From assembly GCA_038087875.1 (NCBI GenBank), contig CM075994.1:1862001-1926000 (forward strand): a stretch of DNA of 64,000 bases, written 5' to 3'. Below are positions 12,791 to 24,321 of the stretch, one piece after another (positions within the stretch are counted from its first letter, which is position 1; every line of letters starts with the position of its first letter). The notes under the pieces are model-generated. The model saw only the letters and a list, made by a program, of their open reading frames with translations. It was not told the origin of the DNA and made no database searches. The DNA comes from Malacoraja senta. Taxonomy: Eukaryota. Position numbers and translations under genes: made by a program.

Positions 12791-13262
12791 AATCTGGGTG
12801 TTTTATGTTTTATTCTTTATGGTTTACTGTATGTCGTGTTGTTACTTGCGAGCGGAGCACCAAGACAAATTCCTTGTAGGTGTACATACTTGGCCAATAA
12901 ACTTATTCATAAACTTATTCATTCATTCATTCATTCATTCATTCATTCATATTTAGCACCTTCTCAAATGCCACCGAGGCACTTTTTAAGTGATGAGAGT
13001 TTTTGTCCTCATCACTCTCTGGGTAAAAGTTTTTTCTCCTCCCCTGCTCTCTAATCTTTTTTTTAAATCTATGCCCCTGTCTTTTGGCTTCTAGTTTAAT
13101 GGAAATAGATATTTTCCAATTACTTTATCCAGCCTGCTACTCCAGTGTGGTGCTCATAATCTTGGAGACAAAGTCCTTGTTATTTGCAGAGGATAAGGGC
13201 TTGGACATAGGGCAGTTAACATTTCCGTAGATAAAATTTCCATGCAAGTTCCAGCCTGCATG

Positions 13263-13586
13263 TTTAGTTTAGTTTAGTTTAGAAATACAGCATGGAAACA
13301 GGTTGTGTGGTCACACCAACCAACTATCACCCATTCATACTAGTTCAATGTTATCACATTTTCACATCTACTCCCTACACATTAGGGCAATTTACAGCGG
13401 GCCAGTTAACCGACAAACCCGCATGTCTTTGAGATGCAGGAGGAAGACGGAGCGCCCGGGAGGAACCCACGCGGTCACAGGGAGAACAAGCAAACTCCAC
13501 ATAGACAGTACCCAAGGTCAGGATTGAATCTGGGTCCCTGGAGCTGTGAGGCTGCAGCTCTACTAGCTGTGTCACTGTGCCACCCT
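13263..13586 (-). mobile_element. V-SINE
   Basis: (TAAAC)n tail, V-SINE core and tRNA-like head on the minus strand. Confidence 0.8.
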
Positions 13587-14203
13587 GTATTAGCTCATCA
13601 AAATAAGCTGAAACATAAAGCATTGCAGATCCTGTGGCTGGTGACAAGCCCATTTGGACTCCTGACCTTGGTGTTCCCAACCTTGACCCTGGCTTGCTTG
13701 CTCACCCAGCACAATCCTGGCCGCACATCTACATTACACTTCAGACGCCATCTCCTTTCACAAACCTCCCCGCATTCCCGACCCTGACCTCACAAGAACG
13801 TGCTTTTGCGGAGAGCGTCAGTAAATAACAAGGACCTAGTAAACATATCAACCAAGACACCCCCAGCCTTTATTGTTCCTTAGAAAAACCACCCAGCTTA
13901 TCCATTTCACTTTACATTTACAATTTTCATTCCCTGGCACCTTCCTTGTTAAATTCCCCTGCACTCTCTCTAGCACTATCATATTGTATTTTTGAGACAC
14001 AAGGAACTACAGATGCTGGAATTTTGAGCAAAACACTAGGAACTGCAGATGCTGGTTTACAAAAGACACAACATTTTGGAGTAACTCAGCGGGTCAGGCA
14101 GCATCTCTAGATAGGTCTGAAAATAGATCGGTCTGAAGAATGATCCCGACCCAAAAGGTCACCTATCCATGTTCTCAAAGATGCTGCTTGACCAGCTAAG
14201 TTA

Positions 14204-14787
14204 AAGGCCTGTCTCGCGAGTCTGCGGTCATTGGCGGCGAAACGAGAAGAATCTGCCGCCATAGACCGCGCACTCGTGAGAACGTACAATTCCGGGGCCG
14301 TGCGGCGGTGTTCCCAACACCGCACGGTGCTAAAATAAAACCGACAATGTCGAAAACTATATACTCACCGCACAACCTCCACCAGTGATGCACGAGTGCG
14401 GCACGGCCGCCCGCACGGGCCGCCGCCAGTGTGGCTCGAGCGCCGTGTGTCAAACCTCCACTGCCACAGCCTCCGCCAGTGAGGCACGTGTGCGACACGG
14501 CCGCAGGCACAGCCACCGCTACAGCGCCACGATCAGGATGGCCGCCGCCACAGCCGCCGCTAGTGAGTCACGTGCGGCGGGCCGACGTCATCGCAGTCGG
14601 CCCGCCCTTTTTTTTACTTACCGCAAGCACGTGGGACCCGCCGTGTTTGAATTAACTCGGCCCCCGCGCAGCATCCGTGCGGCGCTCCGGTGGATAGGCT
14701 CGACGCTCTCACCGTTGCCGCGCGGTCCCCGCTACCAGCGACGCCGCGCTTCACCGCCGATGACCGCAAACAGGTAAGACAGAGCCT
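14204..14787. mobile_element. GC-rich MITE, PIF/Harbinger-like
   Basis: Imperfect ~38-bp TIRs (aaggcctgtctc…tgcggtcattggcggcgaa / ttcaccgccgatgaccgca…agacagagcct) flanked by TTA (14201-14203, 14788-14790). The empty site ctaagTTAgtccag is present in the inverted paralog near 16365-16378. Confidence 0.8.
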
Positions 14788-14809
14788 TTAGTCCAGCACT
14801 TTATGTCTT

Positions 14810-15400
14810 TTTTTAAATTTTTAATATTTTTATTTTACTAGAAGTACAATCGTATGGCACCAAAGTGCCTAATATATATTTTCATAATACATTTTATGTA
14901 CAGCTTCTTATTTTTTTATTATAATAAAGAAGAATAAGAAAAATAAATTAGATAATAAAGTATAGAAAAACGTGAGATATATCGTGTGTGAAGAAGAAGA
15001 AAAAAGAATGAAAGAAGAAAGTTAAAGAAAAGAAAATGGGGAAAAGAGAGTAACATTTTTTTTTAAATTAAAAGAAGTAAGGAGATCATTATTTATACTC
15101 TTGACCATCCTTCGCCCAGTCCCGAGACAATTAGCTTTTACAATTGTGTTGCACCATATGATTCCAAAAAGACGACAAATGGAGACCAACTCGTTATGAA
15201 TTGGTCTGATTTATCTATTAGGAGGAATCGCATTTCCTCAAGATGTGCGGTATCCAACATGCTTGCAATCCACATTTTGAGCGTTGGTATTGGTGTGTTT
15301 TTCCAAAATTTAAGTATTAATTGTTTTGCTATTATTAAACCATAATTAAAAAATAAATTTTGAGATGAATTCAATTTATTCCCATCTTCCATTACTCCAA
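14810..15400 (-). mobile_element. 5'-truncated L1 3' end, same family as the intact L1 at 22751-28356
   Basis: ORF 15138-15392 is near-identical to the last ~85 aa of the 1269-aa ORF2. 16-bp TSD CAGCACTTTATGTCTT at 14794-14809 and 15401-15416. Confidence 0.93.
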
Positions 15401-15442
15401 CAGCACTTTATGTCTTGCACTGAATTTGAGTGCTGGAGGAAC

Positions 15443-15780
15443 TCGGGAGTTTGCGAGCGCGCGCCGGGGCTCTAACACCAAGACCCGGTGCGCGACCTTG
15501 CATTAACCGGCGTGGCTTTAATGGCCGCGGGATAATCACCATCGCCCGCCGGGGGCTTTGACTTTGACTCTGACATCGGGGGGGGGGGAGTGCAGTGGAG
15601 AGATACGTTTTTTTGCCTTCCATCACAGCGCTGTGATGGATGTATGTGTAAATTGTGTTGTGTCTCGGGTCTTCTTCGTTTTGTAATGTATGGCTGCAGA
15701 AACGACATTTCGTTTGGACCTCAAGGGATCCAAATGACAAATTTGTCCAAATGACAAATAAATAATAATAATAATAAAAC
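15443..15780 (+). mobile_element. Non-autonomous retroelement 3' fragment with a Rex1-like tail
   Basis: Ends catttcgtttggacc…ccaaatgacaaataaa(TAA)n; possible short TSD aactc. Confidence 0.5.
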
Positions 15781-18249
15781 TCAATAGGTCATGCATAATC
15801 TGTGGAGAGAATGACATGTGATGTGTTGGGTCAGGACTGATCATTGTATTTTCTCTAAATCATTCAATTTGCTACCACATCCCAAAGATGGTCCAGTTGG
15901 TATGTTAATTGGTCACTATTAATTCATCCCTGTATAGGTCGACAGTCAAAGAATCATGGTGGGTTTGTGGGCACGAGACTGAAAATTGTGTGCTGGTCAC
16001 AGAAGTGGATCTGCAATCACGCATTCCAACATTCAGAATTTAATGGTGCTCTCTATACAATTCGTTTTCTGGGAATTAGAAACAAGGAGATTATCTTTTC
16101 CTTCTCAAGTGTCATAGATCGGACATAGGTGCTCCTAGTTATCATACAGTATTACCTTTTGTAAATCCTCAGCATTATTCTTTTGTCCTTGTACAATTTA
16201 AGGGCAAGTGACTCTGACCCAACTTAAAAATAGATGCAGACTGTTGTTCGTCTGTGTGAGCCTGGGAGAGGAAATAGGAAATGTGAGCCTTTCTTGTTTG
16301 GTAGATGAGCCATCATCTCAATTATGGATCCTGACTCAGATACAGTGCAAGACATAACGTGCTGGACTAACTTAGCTGGTCAGGCAGCATCTTTGAGAAC
16401 AAGGATAGGTGACCTTTTGGGTCGGGATCATTCTTCAGACCGATCTATTTTCAGACCTATCCAGAGATGCTGCCTGACCCACTGAGTTACTCCAGCACTT
16501 TGAGTTTTCTTTTGTAAACCAGCATCTGCAGTTCCTAGTGTTAACCAGTGCAGTTGGGCACAGGACAGTATGACTGTTGGCTCCATTGTTTAAACTCTAC
16601 TTTCAGGCAGTCTCTTTGATCATTGCTGAGTCCAGCAAAATGCACTAAGGTTGTTGAAAGTAGTGTCTTAAATGTTCTAAATATAGGTCAGGTGGCATCT
16701 GTGTAGAAAGCAACAAATTAAGCCTTTTAGGTCAGAAAAGATAGAAGTGGAACAAATTTTAAGTAAATGCAGAAACTGGAAGGGATGAGAGCAAATAATA
16801 CGAATAAAGGTTGTAATAAGGGTTAAGGCAGGAGAGATTAAACATCAAAAGTGATGATAATGCAAAGCAAATGTTGATAATAGGACAAATGAAGATACGT
16901 GAGATGGAAATAGCAAAACAAAATGAGAGCAATTGTTATGATCTGAAATTGTGGAGCAGTGCATTGAATAAAACTGAAAAGTACAGAACTGGAAGAAGAC
17001 ACTTTGTAAATTAGGCTTCCTTTGAGGTTCATGAAGAGGAGTGGGAGGCAAAGCACAGGAGGGGACAGAGCAGGGCCGGATTTACGGATACGGATGGCGG
17101 GCGGAGACAGAGAGTGACAGACAGAGAGAGAGAGATAGAGAGAGATAGAGAGGGGGGCCCGCCCAGAGTTGAACGGCAGATATCCTGCCTTGGCTGGAGG
17201 CCGCCTAGATTTCGAGGCCCTAGACTTCAGCCTATGAAACCTAGTGGTAAATCCGGCCCTGCAAGGCCCCTCTAGATCTCGAGGCCCTAAGCTTAAGCTT
17301 GTCTGGGCCGCCGGGTCTCCGCTCTCCACTCGCTCCTCATCCGTCGGCACGGCAGGCCGCCTTGCACATGCGCACAACCACGACCAGCACATCATCGGCC
17401 GCCCTACGTATACGCACTGCCACGGCAACTGGTCGGCGCTGGGGACTTTCTCCCTCGCTTTGAATTGTGGGAGATCTGGCCGCCATTGCTGTCCGGTCGC
17501 CGCCTCGCCGCGACCACTGAAAACCAACGCAGAATCACTCCCTGACCCTGGATCTGGAGTAACTCCCTGGAGTAACGCTTGCTTCTGGTTTCCTGGTCCT
17601 CCATAAATATTCCAAATGGAATTTAAACTGGAGGTGGTGGAGGGCTGAACAATAACAGCCTATTGCATTTTATCTGTTTATTTATTGTGTATATATATGG
17701 TCTATGGTATATAAACACACTGAACTTTTATCTCCTGTTCTGAATTATGTTTTTATATTCTGTTGTGCTGCTGCAAGCAAGAATTTCATTGCCCTATCTG
17801 GGACACATAACAATAAAACTCTCTTGACTCTTGACTTGGACTTAACCAAAAAAGGGTTATTCGGGAAAAAAGAGGTACCTTAAATTTAGTTGCATCTAGT
17901 TGGGTAACTATGGTAGGGTGAAGACTATTCCATGCTTTAATTGTGCGAGGGAACTCCATGGAGCAGCCAGCAACTCTGGATAGAAGAAATTGGGTGACGT
18001 TTCGGGTAGAGACCCTACTTTACACACCCTCTGGTTTTAGTATTTTTGGTTTAATTTAAAGATACAGCATGGAAACAGGCCCTTCGGCCCACCGAGTCCA
18101 CGCCGACCACCCATCACCCGTACACTAGTTCTATCCCACACATTAGCAGAGTAAGTCAAGAGTCAAGAGTGTTTTACTCTCTCACGTCCCAGTTAGAACA
18201 ATGCAATCCTTACTTGCAGCAGCACAACAGAATATGTAAACATTTTTTC

Positions 18250-19074
18250 TAACATTAGATTTTCTCTCTCTGCCCCCTCCCCTCTAGACGCACCTGAGAG
18301 GTGAGGGCTATTCGTCAGTGGATAGGGTGGAGATGGGATAAAAGAAGCAAATTAAAAAATTAAAATAATATCAAGGGGTGTGATGAGTGTGTGTGTTTGT
18401 GGGTGCCAGATTCCGTGCTTTGGAGGAAAGGGGTGGTTAGTGTGACGCCACAGCCCCCCCCCCCCCCCACCCGCAAACGCACGTTCGGTGTCCAGACCCA
18501 ACGGGTCTGCACTTGGTCTAGTATAATATTAAAACTCTGTGTGTGTGTGTGTGTGTGTCTGCTTAACTTGTGCCAGCCAGCCCCTTTGATACCGCGCTAC
18601 ACCAACACCGCACGCAGAAACGCCCAGATTTTTTCCATTTCGGTAGAGATTTCATTTTTCTTTACAATTAGCCCCTCCTGATTACATTTCGTCGTATTTA
18701 TGTACACATTTTAAAATAAAATCCATCACCCCCCCCCCCCCACTCACTCATTTTGTCTCCTCCTGCTGGTCAGCCACCATAACGGCTGCTGTCAACCGCC
18801 TCTGCTCCGAAAACGACGCCATCTTTTTTTCGCTAGCGATTTTCACCCCGGTGTATGAATCACGTTCGGACTCTAAAACCCCGGGTTCTGAACCATGTTC
18901 AGTGTCCAGGGGTCTGGAGCACGTTCTGAATTTTCACCCCGGGGTCTGAAACATTTTCTGGGTTTTTTTCCCTAATGATTTTCACCCCGGGGTCTGAAGC
19001 ACGTTCGGGATCTCACACCCCGGGGTCTTAAGCACGTTCGGTGTCCAGACGCAACGGGTCTGCACTTGGTCTAG
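18250..19074 (+). mobile_element. Two tandem non-autonomous Helitrons (about 18250-18521 and 18522-19074)
   Basis: Both end in a hairpin (cagacccaacgggtctg / cagacgcaacgggtctg) followed by cacttggtCTAG|T. Internal minisatellite (ttttcaccccggggtctgaagcacgttc) at 18838-19040. Related to the elements at 61381-64000. Confidence 0.75.
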
Positions 19075-19896
19075 TAACTATATAAATATATATATATGTG
19101 AGTGTGTGTGTGTGTGTGTTTGTGTGTGTGTTTGTGTGTGTGTGTGTATATAATATATATACCCACACACACACACACACAATTTCCCTCCTGGGATTAA
19201 TAAAGTTCTATCGTATAGTATCGTGTGTGCAGGAAGGAACTGCAGATGCTGGTTTGAACTGAAGATAGACACAAAAAGCTGGAGTAAATCAACAGGTCAG
19301 ACTGAATCTCTGGACAAAAGGAAAATATGATGTTTTGGGTTGGGTCTGAAATAGGTTCCTGCACACCTTTGGAATGTGGAAGGAAACAAGAGCACCTGGA
19401 GAAAAACCATGCGATCAAAGGGAAAAGGAGAAAACTCCATACAGACAGCACCCATATTCAGATCAATTCCGGGTCTCTGGCACTTTTAGGCAGCAACTTT
19501 ATGGCCAATGTACTGCCCCATAGCCTTGAACTTAATTAAAACATACAGTAGCTGTAAAGGGGGACATAGCGTCACTTGGAGATTTAAAACTGAAAATGGT
19601 TATTTTCATTTTTTTAGTAACCAAAGTTATCAACGTGTAATTTTTTGTGTGTTGGAAAACAAAATATAGTGGTACAGCTGGTAGACTTGCTGCCTCACAC
19701 GCCAGAGATCTGTGTTTGATCCTGACCTCGGACACTGTCTGTGTTAAATTTGCACATTCTCCCTGCAAGCGTGTGGGTTTCCTCCCACATCCCAAAGACG
19801 CATTGGCTTTGTAGGTTAACTTGTCTCTGTAAAATTGCCCCTAATGTGTAGGGAGTGGGTGAGGAAAGTGGGATATCAGAACTTGTGTGAATGGGT

Positions 19897-20753
19897 AGAC
19901 AGAAATGCTGGAGAAACTCAGCGGGTGAGGCAACATCTATGGAGCGAAGGAAATACGCGACGTTTCAGGTCGAGACCCTTCTTCAGACTGATGTGAGGGT
20001 GGGGGGGACGGGAAGAAGAAAGGAAGAGGTGGAGACAGTGGGCTGAGGGAGAGTTGGGAAGGGGAGGAGAAAGCAGGGATTACCTGAAATTGAAGAAGTC
20101 AATGGTCATACCGCTGGGGTGTAAACTGCCCAAGCAAAATATGAGGTGCTGCTCCTCCAATTTACGGTGGGCCTCACTCTGGCCATGGAAGAGGCCCAGG
20201 ACAGAAAGGTCGGATTGGGAATGGGAGGGGGAGTTGAAGTGCTGAGCCACCGGGAGATCAGGTTGGTTATTGCGGACTGAGCGGAGGTGTTGGACGAAGC
20301 GATCGCCAAGCCCACGCTTGGTCTCACCGATGTAGAGCAGCTGACACCTAGAGCAGTGGATGCAATAGATGAGGTTGGAGGAGGTGCAGGTGAACCTCTG
20401 CCGCACCTGGAAGGACTGTTTGGGTCCTTGAATGGAGTCAAGGGGGGAGGTAAAGCGACAAGTGTAGCATTTTCTGCAGTTGCAAGGGAAAGTGCCAGGA
20501 AAGGGGGTGGTTTGGGTGGATAGGGACAAATTGACCAGGGAGTTACGGAGGGAGCGGTCTCTGCGGAAAGCCAACAGTGGAGGAGATGGGAAGATGTGGC
20601 CAGTGGTGGGATCCCATTGGTAGACAAAAAAGCTGGAGAAAATCAGCGGGTAAGGCAGCATCTATGGAGCAAAGGAATAGACGACGTTTCGGGTCGAGAC
20701 CCTTCTTCAGAATGATGTCGGAGGGGGGGGGGGGGACACAAAAAAGAAAGGAA
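19897..20753 (-). mobile_element. Penelope-like retroelement: GIY-YIG endonuclease 3' part plus start of a tandem pLTR copy
   Basis: ORF 20080-20661: FRRDRSLRNSLV…FPCNCRKCYTC…FTCTSSNLIYCIHCSRCQLLYIGETKRGLGDRFVQHLRSV…PVAQHFN. The 3' terminus is repeated at 20621-20753, and that copy continues at 30525. Confidence 0.92.
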
Positions 20754-22750
20754 TGCAATATTAATTCGTAAAGGAATACCTTTTACACATTCATCAACAA
20801 TAGCGGATATAGATGGTAGATATATTATATTAGTTGGAGAGTTAAATGGGATAAAAGTGATTCTTCTTAATGTATATGGACCTAATTTTGATAATCCTAC
20901 GTTTTTTAATAAAACATTTAATATAATCCCAGAATTTACACAATATAAATTAATAATTGGAGGAGATTTCAATTGTACATTAGACTTTTATTTAGATAGA
21001 TCATCAAGGCAAAAAAAAGTAAAATCTCAATCAAGTGTATTTTTAAATTCATTTATTAATACCACTAATATTAAGGATGTCTGGAGAATTGAAAACCCAA
21101 CTGGACGGGAATACTCATTTTACTCACCGGTACATAAAACATACTCAAGAATAGATTATTTTTTAGTCGACTCCACGTTTATCCCATTTACTTATAACTC
21201 AAAATACCATAATATTATAATCTCAGACCATTTATGATTAAATTAAATGGAATGTCCGAGAAACAAACATATTGGAGATTTAACCCACAAATATTGAATG
21301 AAAGATCATGTCAGGAATATCTTATTAAACAGATGCAAACATTTTTCGAGGCAAATGACAACCCTGACACATCTGTCTCTCTTATTTGGGAAACATTTAA
21401 AGCGTTTGTCCGAGGCGCATTAATTTCTGCCCAAGTATTTTATAACAAAGAGAACCGGATTAAACAACAAACACTGGAAAGGGAAATAAAGCAACTAGTT
21501 ATAGAAAATGCGAGAATGCCATCTACGTTAAAACATATCAAAATTGCTGTACTGAAATATAAACTAAACAAAATGTATTCAGAACAAGTAATAAAACTTT
21601 ATCAACATACTAAACAATTACATTTTGAGTTTGGAGACAAACCACAAAAACTATTAGCACGTCAGCTACGAAAAATGGAGGGGGAAAAAATAATTCATAA
21701 AATTAGAGCAGATACAGGAGAATTATTAAAATTGCCCAAGGATATAAACGAGAGATTTCTCCAATACTATCATAATCTTTACTCAACTAAAACTGTAGTA
21801 CAACCAGAAGGAATAGCAGATTTTTTACAAAAATGTAATTTAAAAGGTTTAGATTCAAAAGATAGAGAATTATTAGAAGCGGAGATTACGATAAAAGATA
21901 TTGAAGAGTCTATTGGATCTTTAAAAAATGGTAAAGCAGTAGGTCCAGATGGTTTAGGCTCTGAATTCTATAAAAAAAATTATGATTTGCTTTCTCCACG
22001 TTTACAAATGCTGTATGAACATATTTATACTCAACAGAAACTTCCAGATACCTTAAATGAATCTATAATAACACTTATTCCTAAAGCTGATAAGGATCCG
22101 GAAGATCCAGGATCATATAGAGCAATTGCACTTTTAAATACAGATCAGAAAATACTAACAAAAATTTGAGCGCACAGATTAAGTACAGTGATGAATAAAC
22201 TAATACACCCTGACCCAAACAGGTTTTATTCAGAAGCGGTATTCATATTACAATCTAAGAAGATTATTTAATATAATATATTCAAAGAGAAATATTAATG
22301 AAGATCTAGCAATAATCTCACTCGATGCTGAAAAAGCTTTTGATCAGGTGGAATGGCCCTATTTATTTTCGGTGATGGAAAAAATTGCAGCTGGGCGAGA
22401 AATGTTGTGCGTGGATAAAACTGTTATATACAAACCTTACGGCTAGAATATTAACAAACCAAAGGTTATCATCTAAATTTAACCTATCTAGAGGTTGTAG
22501 ACAAGGACGCCCGTTGTCTCCATTATTATTTGCGCTTGTTATAGAGCCACTCGCAGAAAGAGTCAGGACCCATCCGGAAATATATGGGTATAACACAAAG
22601 GATACAGTGAATAAAATGTCTTTATACGCAGATGATGTATTAATTTACATTACAAAACCAGAAATTAGTATTCCAAATTTATTAAAGCTAATAACCCAAT
22701 TTGGTTCACTCTCAGGATACAGAATAAATTGGAATAAAAGTGAAATTATG
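20754..22750 (+). mobile_element. Older L1 (L1-A), 5'-truncated ORF2, left part (EN-RT), disrupted
   Basis: NVYGPN, GGDFN, YSRIDYFL, SDH, GPDG, YRAIALLN, RGCRQG, LYADD; frameshifts near 21234, 22220 and 22385 and a stop at 22167. Confidence 0.95.
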
Positions 22751-22933
22751 GTGCGCGTGAACAAGTCCTCTTGCTCATTTAAAAGTCCGTTATCTAATGA
22801 TGTTTTCGTTATGCAAACCAAGCAGCTCCGTTGAGTTATTTTTAACTTTAAAACGGCTTTTTGATAATTTTTACGGGAGTGAAGCTCACTGCAGCGTCCT
22901 CAGTGTTCCATGACGCTACCGGAACAAACTTAA

Positions 22934-23347
22934 GAGGTTCTTAAACTGCCGGGAGAACTAAGAATAGATACTGTTCAACGAGTTGGACGTGTCTCAAGAG
23001 GCATAAATGCTGCTCCAAGACAGATAATTGTGAAATTTCTTGATATCTCTTCAGTGGAAACTATATTGAAGAAGATTGTTCATGGTGAAAATTTGATATA
23101 TCGTGGGGAAAAGATCCGATTTTTCCGTGATTATCCTCCAGAGATTGTCCAGAGAATGAACCTGTTTACACCGACAAGAAACATATTGAGGGGTATTTCC
23201 AAAGTCAGATATGGTATTGTTTTTCCTGCAAAAATGAAAATTACATATAAGGAAATTGAGCGCTCATTTACGGACCCAGAAAAAGCATTTAAATATGCAG
23301 AAGATATCATGAGGAAAGCCCCCAAAACTTCAGAAGAAGACGACTAA
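22934..23347 (+). CDS. L1 ORF1p C-terminal half (RRM/CTD), 5'-truncated
   Basis: EVLKLPGELRIDTVQRVG…PRQIIVKFL…YRGEKIRFFRDYPPEIVQR…YGIVFPAKMKITY…F.DPEKA follows the L1 ORF1 (Transposase_22-type) motif pattern. Confidence 0.85.
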   Translation, partial: EVLKLPGELRIDTVQRVGRVSRGINAAPRQIIVKFLDISSVETILKKIVHGENLIYRGEKIRFFRDYPPEIVQRMNLFTPTRNILRGISKVRYGIVFPAKMKITYKEIERSFTDPEKAFKYAEDIMRKAPKTSEEDD

Positions 23348-24321
23348 AGGAATGAACATGGAACTTTTTAATTTCTAAGATGGAGCTGGAACCGGCGGAG
23401 TTCTCAGACAGTTACTGAGCTTATCTGTCTGGAATGTATTGGACAATATTGTTTAACCTTGAATGAAAAGCTCTCGTACAAAGAACGAGATAACCTGAGT
23501 ATTTAACTATTATATGCTAATTACAATTAACTAACTAACTTTAACAAAACTAATATGAGTGTGTGTAGTAAATATGTATATTCATGAATAAACCATTGCT
23601 TATAAATTGTAATTAACCAAAATGTCTATAACATTACTAACATTTTCTCTCTTTCTTTTTGAGTGGGAACGCAACATAAACTTGGAAAAAAGCCAGGAAT
23701 GAGGTTAACCCCTCGGTACCTGCTTGTAGGGTAGCTGGCTAGATAAATTGGTACAGTACAAATACTTATAGAAATTACAATAGGTTGTGGTTTATATTTG
23801 GATTTGGGGTTTAATTACATTAATGTTTTCTTTTTTTTTTAACTCTTTAATATTTTATTTTTGCATATTTTTGTTATTATTATTATTATTATTACTAATT
23901 TTTTTAATTTTTTTTATTATTAAATTAATTTTTTGGGGGGCATTTTACTAACGCTAGTTTGATAAAGTTATACAAGAATAAACGAGATGGTTTGTAGGTT
24001 TTTTTTTTTTTATTATTTTTTACGAGGTGTTAATAAGGGATTGGGGCTCACTGTAAAATAACATCAACGGAAGTCGATAATCCTTTCGCCACCTTAGGTG
24101 GCTACTTGTCTTTAAGGTACCTGCTTTTAGATACCTTAATTTCACTTTTTTTTAAAAATCACTTAATTAATTGTAAATCACAACTTTTCTTGCTTTATCT
24201 AAGGCACTTTTGGAGATGGAGATGTAATGTAAACTTAAAAATTTGGAATGACCACCCAACGTCCAGAACACGGAGGTATTTGTTTGCACCATATGTTTCA
24301 AGAACATCACTTTGATATACA

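Noticed and set aside
14107..14777. Several overlapping Ala/Arg-rich ORFs
   Set aside because: Expected from a GC-rich MITE; no protein motifs.
16838..17527. 229-aa minus-strand ORF
   Set aside because: Crosses a hAT boundary and a microsatellite; no homology evident.
18838..19040. Spaced repeats (also 55018-55202 and 61850-62035) superficially like a CRISPR array
   Set aside because: Degenerate minisatellites inside eukaryotic TEs; no unique spacers or cas genes.
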